Source of the DNA: an uncultured Candidatus Sumerlaeota bacterium
GTDB lineage: Bacteria > Sumerlaeota > Sumerlaeia > MWCT01 > JAUWMI01
Reading direction: 5' to 3'
Assembly: GCA_964454265.1 (NCBI GenBank)
Contig: CAYVXD010000006.1
Span: 140 to 64,139, forward strand
Length of the DNA stretch: 64,000 nt
Positions 25,849 to 35,442 of the stretch are shown piece by piece. The notes beneath the pieces are model-generated. The model made no database searches. It saw only the letters and a program-made list of their open reading frames with translations, and was not told the DNA's origin. The translations under genes were made by a program, and so were the position numbers. Within the stretch, counting starts at the first letter, position 1; the number at the start of each line of letters is the position of its first letter.

Positions 25849-27408
25849 CTAAGATGAGGGTGAAGAGGTTACAGGATTTTTGGCAAAGCGGGGGTTGAGG
25901 AAGACGTGGTATTCGCCGAGCTGGTAGATTTGTTTCCAGTTTTCTTCCTGAAGGATGCGCGGGATGAGGTCCATATTTGGATTCGCAGGGTGGAGAATGA
26001 TGGTGCGGTCGGTGTGATCCAGGATGATGAACTTTGCCTGGGCGTACGAGCAGTCGAATGCGAAGCGGTCGGGTGTGAGATTCCAATGCCAGGTTGTTCC
26101 GCCTGCGGTTTTCGCCACGGTCTGGTAAAGATTAGCAGCGCGGCAGTGAAAGAGCCAATAGATGCGTTCGGGTGCGATGATGAAGTCGTCAGGCTTAAGC
26201 TGGGGATTGACGAGTTGAGCAAGCGCACGGGCATCGCTGAAGCTCTTGACTGAACCGACGGCTTCGTATTCGGAATGAATAGTGGTTACAACCTCGCGCA
26301 CACCGCGCGAACTTGCGATGACAATAGGAATAGCAACGAGAAATGCGGCAAGCAGCTGAGGCGAAACGGGCATGCTGCGTTTTAGGCGTTCCTGCCAGTT
26401 CTCGAATACATTTCCCAGGAGCTCCCAGGAGCGGAGTACAAAGAATGCCAGTCCAAAATAGAGGCAGAACATATGGGTCGTGGCATTGTATTTGAGGCTG
26501 GGGTCGAGCCCCTGCTTCTTGAGCACCAGCACAATCAGTACCAGCCAGTAGGCAAGCACGATCCGCCCTGCTTTTCCCCACCAGAAGAGCCCAATTACTC
26601 CAAGTAAAAAGACGAAGTCGTGGGAGACCATCCGCAGGATGGCGTGCGCAAATACGTCCATCGGCCCGAGCACTCCATGTCGGGGACTCTTGATCTGCCC
26701 GAACAACCCGATGAAATCCGCGAGAAACGCGCTGCCGCGTCCGCTCATTCCCCAGATCAGGAAGAGGATAAACGGAACAAGGGCCAGGGGAATCACGGCC
26801 AAGAGCGTGCGTGGCCGTTTGCACGCGGCAAAGCCGATCACAAAGAACACTGTCGCCAGGCCAAAGAAGCTGCTGATTGAGGATAGCCCTGCGCAGAGCG
26901 CTGCGCCATAGAGCGCCCACACCTTTTTCTCTTTGAGATAGAGCACCATTCCGAGGAGTGCCAGAATGTTAAAGAACATTGACAGATTGTAGGGCATACC
27001 CCAGCGCGTGAAGAGAATCGAATAGTGATGGACAGTGAAAAAGAGGGCGGCGAGGAGGCCAAGGCGTGGGGAGCTGAGTTTGGTGCCAATCAAGTAGAGC
27101 AGGATAATCGCCATGATGGCAAGCAGGGCTGAGAGCAGGCGCGCATGAAGGATATCGGGTTGCGTAAGGCGGAGCACCCAGCCATTGAGGAAGAAGAAGA
27201 GAAACGGCTGTGCCAGGATTTCTGTGCCATAAGGATGCAGGATGGCACCGTAGCGCGCCTGGCCGTGCGCGAGAAACCAGGCAGGGCTGATGTAGTTTGA
27301 CTCGTCAGTGTACCAGAGGGGATTTGTGCCCAGATGATAGAGACGGAGAAACGTCGCCAGGGCAAGCAGTGCGAGCAGCAGGAGAATTCTGACGCGGCGG
27401 GTCACCAT
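25849..27408 (-). CDS. GT-C fold membrane glycosyltransferase (GT39/ArnT/PMT_2-like)
   Basis: 519 aa. The polytopic N-terminal ~400 aa begins RILLLLALLALATFLRLYHLGTNPLWYTDES. The C-terminal tail is soluble. Confidence 0.7.
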   Translation of the reverse strand: MVTRRVRILLLLALLALATFLRLYHLGTNPLWYTDESNYISPAWFLAHGQARYGAILHPYGTEILAQPFLFFFLNGWVLRLTQPDILHARLLSALLAIMAIILLYLIGTKLSSPRLGLLAALFFTVHHYSILFTRWGMPYNLSMFFNILALLGMVLYLKEKKVWALYGAALCAGLSSISSFFGLATVFFVIGFAACKRPRTLLAVIPLALVPFILFLIWGMSGRGSAFLADFIGLFGQIKSPRHGVLGPMDVFAHAILRMVSHDFVFLLGVIGLFWWGKAGRIVLAYWLVLIVLVLKKQGLDPSLKYNATTHMFCLYFGLAFFVLRSWELLGNVFENWQERLKRSMPVSPQLLAAFLVAIPIVIASSRGVREVVTTIHSEYEAVGSVKSFSDARALAQLVNPQLKPDDFIIAPERIYWLFHCRAANLYQTVAKTAGGTTWHWNLTPDRFAFDCSYAQAKFIILDHTDRTIILHPANPNMDLIPRILQEENWKQIYQLGEYHVFLNPRFAKNPVTSSPSS

Positions 27409-27441
27409 TCTCTCCTTCCAGTTGCGCTGTTGAAAATGCGC

Positions 27442-29667
27442 CTAGTGCGTACGGATGCGCCGTGCAACCCAAAGGCTATAGATCATCACCATAGTCGCCA
27501 GGGCCACGAAGCTGACATAAAGCCCAAGCCTGAACGAAAAAGGTTCGTAGCAAACCGTGACGGAGGTGACGTTTATCGGTGCGTAGAAGCGCGAGAGAAT
27601 CGCATTTACTGGAAGAAGTGGGTAGCGATCCCGGCCCATGCGCACTACCCAGCCCGGGTAGCTGGCTTGGGATACGAGCACATCGCCTTCGTCTGAGGGA
27701 TCTTTGAGGATTTCGATGCGTCCAGGCCCAAGCGAATAGATACTCAGCTGTTTGTGCTGTTTATGCGGGCGCCTAGGCGGATTTGCAACAGTGTAATCCT
27801 TAGGCTCCTGGCCGAGGCTCATCGCCAAAGTACCAGTGGTCAAGTAGGTTCCTTCAAGAGTTCGCAGATTGATCCGTCCTTCAAGTTCATCTTCCCAGAA
27901 CGCGCGGGGACGCCAATCGCGGTTTCGATATAGACGATATGGCAGCTGTGTGTCCCATGGTGGGGGGAAAGGAATAAGTTCCAGCTGTTCAGGTAGAACC
28001 GGAAGCGGCCACTCTGTGTAGACGTACTTAACGTTCATCAAGCCGAGGAGTTCGGTATCGGGATTAGGGCGGCGAATGTTGCGATTAAAGGTGCGAAGAA
28101 AATCTTTGTAGCGCACGGGCGGAAGGAGTCCTTCTTCATAGCCGTCAAGCAGCTCGAGTTTTTCGATCATATTTGTATTGGGTTGGAGGCGCTGGTAGCG
28201 AGCTACAACAGCCTGACGTTCAGGATTTGCGTACCAATCGGCATCGTGAATCATCAGGCGAAATGTGCGAAAGAGAGTAGAGTCGGACTGCATTGTGTCC
28301 CATGGATAGCGGGCGCGTTCTGCCAGGCTGGCGCGGATAGGGGCGTTGAACATCTCGTTGCGGCTTGCCAGTAAGAGATCGCCGATGATGAGCACAGGGA
28401 CGGCGAGCGTGAGGATGATCTTCCAGCGCCTCAACGGGCCACTTACGACAAGCGGATGCTTAAACAGGCAGTCGAGTCCATAGGCGGCAAGGATGGAGAA
28501 CGCAAACGTGGTTAAGCAGAGAAGCCGTGCTGGCACACGGAAGTTTTTTAGTGCCGGAGAAATTAAAAAGACGAACCGATATACAACCGTATAGTCTCCC
28601 ATGGCCATGTAAAGCGCGAAGATGGCGAGTAGAGCAAAGAAGAGGTGTTCGCGAGAGCGACGTCGCCATGCATAGCCGAGCCCAACGAAAACAAGCAGCA
28701 GAGGAAGAATGCCAATGTAACAACCGTACTCGCTCAGATTGTCGCCACCAGGAATGGGATGAGCAAACGTCCCAAACGCCGATGGGTAGAGATACGTGAG
28801 CAGAAATTTCGGGTTCATCGAAAATTCCGTGGCGAAGCTATAATCATTGAAAATGCGGTAGGAGTGGCTGGCGAGTTCCTGTGCAGGGAGGAGCTGAACA
28901 GCGGCGAGCACTATGCCGAGAGAGATGGCAAGGGCCAGTTTTGCGACACCTGCCAGGCGATGTCTTAGCTGGTATGGGCGCCCGAATGGAACCCAGAAGA
29001 TAAGATAGAAGATGATCAGCAGCAGAGTATAGAAAACATATTGCGGATGGCCGGCAAGAATCTGACACGCCAGAGCCACGGAGAAAATAGGTACCAGGAT
29101 CAATTTCTTTGGCTGGAGCATGCGCCTGAGCAGGATAAAGAGCAGGGGAAGCCAGGTGAGGGCAGCGAGCTGGTTGATGTGTTCGAGGTGACCAAGTACA
29201 AAGCTGCTGAATGGCAAGATCAGAGCGCCACAAATGGCGGCAAGGCGAGTGCGTTTGAGCTCCACGTGCAGAAGCAGGTACATAAAGTTTGCCATCAGCC
29301 AGAGATGCAGCAGTTTATAAAGATTCAGCGCGATGATATGATTTTCCTCGTGAATAAGAAGCAGATCAGGGGGATAGAACACTGCGGGCTGCATGGAGGC
29401 AAAAAAGGGTGTGCCGCTAAAGTTGTACGGATTCCAGAGAGGGATGAAACCAGCAGCGAGGGATCTCGCAGCGAAAACTTTTAGGGGATAAAAAAGATTT
29501 ATCATGTCGCTGCCAGGCGTGATGAGCTCGTCTGACAGAAATCCGTGGTAAAAGAGCAGAATGGCAAGGAGGAGAATAAGTAGGTCAGTAATGATGGATT
29601 TCTGGATCATACCTTCGCGCAGTAGATCGTGTTTCTGGTTTAGTGCAATGTGGTAATGAAGCCGCAC
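27442..29667 (-). CDS. YfhO-family membrane protein (GT-C-type glycosyltransferase)
   Basis: 741 aa. Carries YPLKVFAARSLAAGFIPLWNPYNFSGTPFFASMQPAVFYPP and many TM segments. It has a large C-terminal extracytoplasmic domain and a terminal TM segment. The start is uncertain (GTG at 29667 or ATG at 29610). Confidence 0.75.
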   Translation of the reverse strand: MRLHYHIALNQKHDLLREGMIQKSIITDLLILLLAILLFYHGFLSDELITPGSDMINLFYPLKVFAARSLAAGFIPLWNPYNFSGTPFFASMQPAVFYPPDLLLIHEENHIIALNLYKLLHLWLMANFMYLLLHVELKRTRLAAICGALILPFSSFVLGHLEHINQLAALTWLPLLFILLRRMLQPKKLILVPIFSVALACQILAGHPQYVFYTLLLIIFYLIFWVPFGRPYQLRHRLAGVAKLALAISLGIVLAAVQLLPAQELASHSYRIFNDYSFATEFSMNPKFLLTYLYPSAFGTFAHPIPGGDNLSEYGCYIGILPLLLVFVGLGYAWRRRSREHLFFALLAIFALYMAMGDYTVVYRFVFLISPALKNFRVPARLLCLTTFAFSILAAYGLDCLFKHPLVVSGPLRRWKIILTLAVPVLIIGDLLLASRNEMFNAPIRASLAERARYPWDTMQSDSTLFRTFRLMIHDADWYANPERQAVVARYQRLQPNTNMIEKLELLDGYEEGLLPPVRYKDFLRTFNRNIRRPNPDTELLGLMNVKYVYTEWPLPVLPEQLELIPFPPPWDTQLPYRLYRNRDWRPRAFWEDELEGRINLRTLEGTYLTTGTLAMSLGQEPKDYTVANPPRRPHKQHKQLSIYSLGPGRIEILKDPSDEGDVLVSQASYPGWVVRMGRDRYPLLPVNAILSRFYAPINVTSVTVCYEPFSFRLGLYVSFVALATMVMIYSLWVARRIRTH

Positions 29668-29701
29668 TCCCCATGCAATCGCTTAATTTTGCCCTTCATT
29701 T

Positions 29702-29729
29702 GTAAGGGCAGTTCATGAACTGCCCTTAC
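29702..29729. repeat. 28-bp perfect palindrome gtaagggcagttcatgaactgcccttac
   Basis: Read directly, between the DUF4340 gene stop and the YfhO start. Confidence 0.9.
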
Positions 29730-29855
29730 CATTATATCAAGGCGGAAAATACTACTCGTTGCAGAGCGATGCAATAAAATAATCAAAGAAGGAGTAAGGA
29801 ACAATTTCCCGTTGGGTGACTCTCAGTATGAATCGGTGGGCGAGCGGCGACGCAG

Positions 29856-31637
29856 CTATTGGAAGGTCTCCTCGATTTCGTTCAGGCTATTGATGATCTC
29901 GTCAAGGTCTGTGGTTTTTACCGTATAGACGTCTTCATGGTCGAGCAAGACGTAAGTCTGGCTGTCTGTCGCATTGCCAAATGCCAGGGTTCCGATGGCA
30001 TGATCCGGGCTATCGTAGAGTCGAATGATGGTTTGTGGTTTATCGAGGCTGGCATCGCGGAGAGAAGTGCTATCCATGAGCAGGATTTTATTGTATTTGA
30101 GGCGGCTGGTTGCGAAGAGGAACGACGAGGCAGTAAACGACTCGACTTCGCTGCTCTTCTGGCCCTGGGTTACGTCCCACTTACGCTGCGCTCTGGTTAG
30201 GACGATGTTTTCTTTCTCCTTCTGGCTGATTTCAATCTTCACTATGCCAGCGGTTTCAAATCGTAGCATAGTCTTGTCAATCAGATCTGTCTTTGTCTTG
30301 AAAAAATCCCCGGTGAGTTGCCAGTCTATTCCGAGAATGGTCTTTTCGCTGAGTTTTTTCACATAGGTAATGTCACGATCAGTGGGTTTTTCCCCTAGCA
30401 GGATGCCTTCAGTAGTCGAGCCGTCCTTGTTCGCCACGATGAAGCGAATTTTGGGTTCAGCAAGGCCATAGTGCTCGAGATCTGTGGGCTTATCGGTAAT
30501 GATTTCTTTGGCTTTGACGCTCATAGTCTTCGAGAGAAGAGAGAATACAGCGTCCTGGTCAACATGTGTGGTTTTATCATCAGTAAATTCCCACTGATTT
30601 TCGTCGAGATTTTTTTTGAGGCGTACGGTGCTCTTGCCGGCAGTAATGACAAGGTCAGCGACATCAGTCATATTTAGCGTAAAGAGTGATTTGTCGCGAA
30701 ATGTATTGGGGCCTTGCTTGAGCGCGTTCACAAGATCTTCACCCACAAGGAAGATCGGCGTAGCATCTTTGCACATGGCGTAGTAGATGGTGGCGTCCTC
30801 TTTCTGTTTTCCAATGAGCAGTGTGGTTTCGGTCGTGGTTTCTGAGTCGTCATTCAACATTTTCTCCACCGTGAGAGATACGGTGGGTCTTGCAAGTTGA
30901 TATGCGTCCAGCGGTTGGACGTCCGTATCCACGAATTCAGAGGCTCTGGCACTGTTCGTCTTGCGGAGCAGATTTTCGATCTCAAGCTTATCGCCCGGGG
31001 AATGAACGGGCTTTTCCACAATCCAGCGCCCTTCTTCGTCTTTGGTCGCATAGAGCTCGCCCTCAGGATTCCGTAGCGTGATGGCGACCGCCTTGTCGGG
31101 TGCAGAGGCAATAACGGTTTTATCGCGCAGATCATGGAGGCTCTTCTTGAGCGTGTTTTGAATATGTTCGCTCACAGTGAAGACCTTCTTTTCAGTTGCA
31201 AGCCTGGCATAGACCTGGCCGGAGTAAGTTGAGGCGTCGCCAATCACAAGCGTGACGGGCTTCTTCGGAGCCTTGAACTCGAGATCAAGACGAATCCCTG
31301 GGTCTTTGAGACCGTACTGTTCCAAATCTTCAGGCTTGAACTCATTACGGCGCTTGCCGCCAGCCAGGTTCGACAGTATTACATTAACGGTATCTTGATC
31401 GGCCAGGGTGTGGAGAGGACTTGCGATGTACCATTTGTCTCCGGTTTTTTGCAGCCTGAACGTGCCATTTGGATTGGTAAGCGAGAATCTGAGGACGTCA
31501 TCCTTTACCAGCGGCACAACGCGTTCTTCTTCAGAGATGGCGACCTCGTGTTTTAGCTTGATCGTCCTATCTGCAAAATAGATCCCCAGGATAACTATGA
31601 ATATGGCGCCGGCAATAAGGGTGCGCCTTAAACTCAT
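29856..31637 (-). CDS. DUF4340-like protein (single N-terminal TM, repeated beta-rich extracytoplasmic domains)
   Basis: The ORF track extends to 31811, but an in-frame ATG at 31637 forms an ATGA overlap with the stop of the upstream GldG-like gene. That start gives MSLRRTLIAGAIFIVILGIYF. Confidence 0.65.
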   Translation of the reverse strand: MSLRRTLIAGAIFIVILGIYFADRTIKLKHEVAISEEERVVPLVKDDVLRFSLTNPNGTFRLQKTGDKWYIASPLHTLADQDTVNVILSNLAGGKRRNEFKPEDLEQYGLKDPGIRLDLEFKAPKKPVTLVIGDASTYSGQVYARLATEKKVFTVSEHIQNTLKKSLHDLRDKTVIASAPDKAVAITLRNPEGELYATKDEEGRWIVEKPVHSPGDKLEIENLLRKTNSARASEFVDTDVQPLDAYQLARPTVSLTVEKMLNDDSETTTETTLLIGKQKEDATIYYAMCKDATPIFLVGEDLVNALKQGPNTFRDKSLFTLNMTDVADLVITAGKSTVRLKKNLDENQWEFTDDKTTHVDQDAVFSLLSKTMSVKAKEIITDKPTDLEHYGLAEPKIRFIVANKDGSTTEGILLGEKPTDRDITYVKKLSEKTILGIDWQLTGDFFKTKTDLIDKTMLRFETAGIVKIEISQKEKENIVLTRAQRKWDVTQGQKSSEVESFTASSFLFATSRLKYNKILLMDSTSLRDASLDKPQTIIRLYDSPDHAIGTLAFGNATDSQTYVLLDHEDVYTVKTTDLDEIINSLNEIEETFQ

Positions 31638-33196
31638 CGCGTTCTCCTCCTCACCATGGTATAGCTCAGCCCACCGAAGAAGACAAGCGACGGAATCAGG
31701 ACAACAAGCAAGACGAACAGATACTTGGCCTGGCCTGCGGAGAGGTAAATTGGCGTGTCTTCGAACATCTTGGGAGGAATGGCGATCAGGTCCTTTTGCG
31801 CGGTCAGCCACCTCACACTGTTCAGGAAGAGCAAAGCAGGGGCATCGCTGACCAGCAGCTGATTGGAGAAGATATCCGAGTCGCCCAGCACCACGAGCTT
31901 GGTTTGTGCCTCTTCAGTGCTTCCTTGCGCGGATTTCGTTACCGCCACGCCAAGGCACTGCGGATGGATTTTGCTCCGATCTGGAACGGTCAGATCACGC
32001 TTCTGGATAAGGGCAGCGAGCTCTTCACTCCAGCTGTACTCACTGGAGAGCAGAAGCTTCTCGACGCGAATGTTCGTTGGTATCGGCTCAGCAGGATTAA
32101 CTGTTCGGGCATATGGAACAATAATCATTGAACGTATGTAAGGGAGGTCGCTGGTAATAGGATGAGTGCCGTACTCCGTAATCAAGGGAGCAAACGCATT
32201 ACCATAGATGCCCTGGCTGATGGGATTGGGATCCACAATGATGTCGGGTCTAATGCTTACCGCATAGCGCTTGAGCAGTGTGGCAAACTGGGTCAGGGAA
32301 TTTTTCACCGATTCATCAGGGTCGAGACAAAACAGTAGTTTGCCGCCATTATCAAGGTACGTGGCAATAGCATCAACCTCCACGGAAAAGAGATCCGTAA
32401 TTGGACCGGCGCAAATCAGGACTGAGCAATCCGCAGGAACAAAGCCCTTGTGAGCGAGGTCAAGGGTTTTGATCTTGTAAGCGCGGTCTTCAAGCACCTG
32501 TTTAATGCGCGAGAGGCTGATATCCGGCTGGTCTGTGCCAGTCGAATAGTCGCGCTCCAGCGGCTTTTCTCCGTGGCCCGTAAGAAAGTAGAGTACAGTG
32601 TCTTTCTCGCGGGTGACTTCAATGATAGCGTTTGTAAAGTCCCCCTCATCAAGGCCGTGTATTTTTTTCTTTTTCTGGCCGTAGACGATAAAACTATCGC
32701 CAGGAATTACATTCGTATCCATTTCCCGCGCAATCAGTGCATCTCGAAAGGGATTATGGACTTCGAAGGTAACGTTACTGCTGACACGGGCGTAGCGCTG
32801 AAGGAACTCCTGGACCGGCCGTTTCTGGTCGGTAAAGGCGACGATTTTGACAGGTTTTGTCAGCCCCTTCAGATACTTGACCGTCTGGGGCGAAAGGCTG
32901 AAGTATTTGGTCTTAGTTAAGTCCCAGCTTGTGGGATGATTTAAAACAATCAGGTAGATGATAACTATGATTCCCAGGACGAACAGGACGTAGAGCGTAA
33001 CGTTCAGGTACTGCCTGAGATTGCTACTTTCGACGCGGAGGAAAAGCGACAGGAAAAGCAGAATGCCTACAATCGCAAGAACCTTAGTCGCCAGTGTAAA
33101 TGATCCGTAAAAGGCACTGATAACATTCGCCAGGATAATGAGGATCATGCCAAGGATCGGAAGCAGTTTGAGTTTTGATCTTTCCTGATTGGACAT
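31634..33196 (-). CDS. GldG-like ABC-transporter auxiliary protein
   Basis: About 520 aa with N- and C-terminal TM segments flanking a large soluble domain. The ATG at 33196 lies 7 nt after GGAGAG; the GTG at 33211 is an alternative start. Confidence 0.7.
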   Translation of the reverse strand: MSNQERSKLKLLPILGMILIILANVISAFYGSFTLATKVLAIVGILLFLSLFLRVESSNLRQYLNVTLYVLFVLGIIVIIYLIVLNHPTSWDLTKTKYFSLSPQTVKYLKGLTKPVKIVAFTDQKRPVQEFLQRYARVSSNVTFEVHNPFRDALIAREMDTNVIPGDSFIVYGQKKKKIHGLDEGDFTNAIIEVTREKDTVLYFLTGHGEKPLERDYSTGTDQPDISLSRIKQVLEDRAYKIKTLDLAHKGFVPADCSVLICAGPITDLFSVEVDAIATYLDNGGKLLFCLDPDESVKNSLTQFATLLKRYAVSIRPDIIVDPNPISQGIYGNAFAPLITEYGTHPITSDLPYIRSMIIVPYARTVNPAEPIPTNIRVEKLLLSSEYSWSEELAALIQKRDLTVPDRSKIHPQCLGVAVTKSAQGSTEEAQTKLVVLGDSDIFSNQLLVSDAPALLFLNSVRWLTAQKDLIAIPPKMFEDTPIYLSAGQAKYLFVLLVVLIPSLVFFGGLSYTMVRRRTR

Positions 33197-33198
33197 GG

Positions 33199-33975
33199 TC
33201 AGACTCTCCACTGCCGGGATTGAAGAACCTTGGCGCTGAGAAAGAGAAAGAAAAGGCTGAATAGGACGAAGTAGGCAACGTCTTGCAGCTTAATCACGCC
33301 TTTAGTGAAATTCATACTATGCAGCCGGATTGACACTGCGTCGAGCACCGAGCCAACAAGGCCAGTTTCTACAGAGGCTAGATCGCCCACGAGGTAGAAC
33401 GTCAGCAGGCCGGCAAAGCAGATAATTGCTGAGACAATCTGGTTCTCCGTGACTGACGAGGCGAACAAGCCGAAGGCGATATAGCTCGCACTGATCAGAA
33501 ACAAACCAAGGTAACAACTGGCGATCACCGGGGTTTCCGGCTGCCCCAGGATTTTAAGCACAATAGGATACACCAGGCACATGACAAGGAAGGCCCCGAC
33601 CATGCTAAGACACGCGAGGAATTTACCCAGAAGAAGGTCCCAGTCGCGAATCGGACAGGTGACCAGAAGCTCAAACGTCCCGCTTTTCTTCTCTTCTGCA
33701 ATGAGGCGCATAGTCAGGATGGGAGCAACGAATAGCATGAGGAAACTCAGCAGGCCAAAGGTGTTGCGCACTACAAATTGCGTGAGATTGAGCTCATACA
33801 TGCCAGTCATGGAGCGCATATTGGGATTCATGCTCAGCTGGGCGAAGTAGACGAGAATGTCGTGGAAGAATAGGCCCGCCATGGCAAAGTAGAGTCCTCC
33901 AAGTACATAGATGGCGGGCGACTGGACGTACGCCTTAATTTCGCGCCGAAACACCGGATAGAATCTAGGCAACAT
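33199..33975 (-). CDS. ABC-2 family permease (GldF-like)
   Basis: An in-frame ATG at 33975 gives MLPRFYPVFRREIKAYVQSPAIYVLGG. There are six predicted TM segments. The long N-terminal extension in the ORF track overlaps the ATPase gene and is rejected. Confidence 0.75.
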   Translation of the reverse strand: MLPRFYPVFRREIKAYVQSPAIYVLGGLYFAMAGLFFHDILVYFAQLSMNPNMRSMTGMYELNLTQFVVRNTFGLLSFLMLFVAPILTMRLIAEEKKSGTFELLVTCPIRDWDLLLGKFLACLSMVGAFLVMCLVYPIVLKILGQPETPVIASCYLGLFLISASYIAFGLFASSVTENQIVSAIICFAGLLTFYLVGDLASVETGLVGSVLDAVSIRLHSMNFTKGVIKLQDVAYFVLFSLFFLFLSAKVLQSRQWRV

Positions 33976-34924
33976 GCCTTTGGCCCTCCGTTTCGCCTGC
34001 GACAACCTGCATGAAAATGTCCTCCAGCGAAAGTCCAACTGTGCGCAGTTCGAGCAGCTTCCATCCTGCTGTAACAATGGTCTGAGAAATTTGCGCTCGG
34101 ATGTCGGTATCCATTTTCGACTCGATGAGGTAGTCATGCTGATTGGGGCTGATTTTCCTGGCGAGCTGCGCCGTCTGCACGCCCGGGATGCTCCGCAGTC
34201 GCGCAATCACTTGCTCAGCAGGCCCTTCGATGGTGGCGTAGGTCTGGGTGGTCTGCTGGAGCTCAGTGACGAGCTTTTCCGGGGTGCCGAACGCGACGAT
34301 CCGGCCTTCGTTAATAATGACCACTTTGGAGCAAATCATGCTGACCTCAGGGAGTATGTGCGTACTCAGGATGACGGTTTTCTTCTTTGCCAGCGATTTA
34401 ATAAGGGCGCGAATTTCAGAAATTTGTTTAGGATCCAGGCCGATGGTTGGCTCGTCGAGAATCAAGACTTTTGGATTACCAATCAGTGCCTGTGCGAGAC
34501 CAACGCGCTGGTGATAGCCTTTCGAGAGATTGCCGATCAGGCGGGTGGAAACAGACTCGAGTCCGGTTTCCTCAACGACGCGATCCACGTACGCTGGCCG
34601 TTCCTTGCGATTGTAGCCCTTAGCGTGGGCAATGAAGTCCAGGTAGCTCGCAACGGTCATTTCATTATAGAGGGGAACTGTTTCGGGCATGTAGCCGATG
34701 TTGCGTCGGACATCAAGCGAGTGGGTATGAATATTATATCCGGCAACCGAGGCTGTGCCGCGGGTCGGTGGGGTGTGGCAGGTGAGAATGCGCATGGTGG
34801 TAGTTTTCCCCGCAGCATTAGGCCCGAGAAAGCCGAGAATCTCTCCTGTATCAACAGAGAACGAGACATCCTGAATAGCAACAGTGTTTCCGTAGACTTT
34901 CGTAAGCCCGTCAACAGTGATCAT
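33965..34924 (-). CDS. ABC transporter ATP-binding protein (GldA-like, ABC-2 subfamily)
   Basis: Walker A is GPNAAGKTT, the signature is LSKGYHQRVGLAQAL and Walker B is LILDEPTIGLD. Confidence 0.9.
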   Translation of the reverse strand: MITVDGLTKVYGNTVAIQDVSFSVDTGEILGFLGPNAAGKTTTMRILTCHTPPTRGTASVAGYNIHTHSLDVRRNIGYMPETVPLYNEMTVASYLDFIAHAKGYNRKERPAYVDRVVEETGLESVSTRLIGNLSKGYHQRVGLAQALIGNPKVLILDEPTIGLDPKQISEIRALIKSLAKKKTVILSTHILPEVSMICSKVVIINEGRIVAFGTPEKLVTELQQTTQTYATIEGPAEQVIARLRSIPGVQTAQLARKISPNQHDYLIESKMDTDIRAQISQTIVTAGWKLLELRTVGLSLEDIFMQVVAGETEGQRHVA

Positions 34925-35353
34925 TCGGTGTCTCCATCAGCCGTACCATTGCACCTCAAGGTGAGAGCGCTGTGAGAAAAAAACGACCTGGCGGTTGGGT
35001 GCTGCAAAACCCGTACCAGCCGCACAGCAGCGCTTAATATGCAATTACACAGTGCCACTACTCTGTTGCCCAATCAATGATTGGTCAAAAGCATTAGTAT
35101 CTCCAGAGAAAAAATCAAGCATAAAAATAGCGGCCTGTGTAGCGGTAGAATGGGCTTATCTGGCTAAAGGTAGTGAAAGGCGCACCCGGCTGGTTCCACA
35201 CCTGGTTTGGGTTGGAGCCACTTGACTGGCCCTTACCGTCTATGCCGTGCTTACATGGATCAGTTCATGACAGGAGCCCAGGTAGCAAGAAATCGCTCAG
35301 GGGGTCAGCGGTAGTCTTGCTTCGGGGTGGTCAGACAAGGTGGGGAGATACGA

Positions 35354-35390
35354 AAAGAGCGCTGAGGTAGGGCAGACCTCAACGCTCTTT
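35354..35390 (-). terminator. Strong hairpin terminator downstream of the M16 peptidase gene
   Basis: 15-bp arms aaagagcgctgaggt / acctcaacgctcttt with 1 mismatch and a 7-nt loop. A/T runs flank the stem. A second hairpin gttgccatag/ctatggcaac lies at 35402-35430. Confidence 0.6.
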
Positions 35391-35442
35391 CCTCTATTGA
35401 AGTTGCCATAGGCGAAGTGGCTATGGCAACAGCAAAGAAGGC

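Noticed and set aside
26195-26920. 241-aa Arg/Cys-rich minus-strand ORF
   Set aside because: It is an alternative frame inside the GT39-like membrane protein gene (25849-27408). Its composition is typical of an off-frame translation.
33976-34206. N-terminal 77-aa extension of the ABC-2 permease ORF, and the similar 58-aa extension of the DUF4340 ORF (31638-31811)
   Set aside because: Both extensions overlap the upstream gene and are Arg/Ser-rich junk. In-frame ATGs at 33975 and 31637 give proper hydrophobic N-termini and the short overlaps typical of coupled genes.
33974-34975. 333-aa plus-strand ORF, one of the longest in the track for this region
   Set aside because: It is entirely antisense to the ABC ATPase gene (33965-34924). 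That gene has unambiguous Walker A, signature and Walker B motifs. The plus-strand translation has no recognisable motifs, so it is a shadow ORF.
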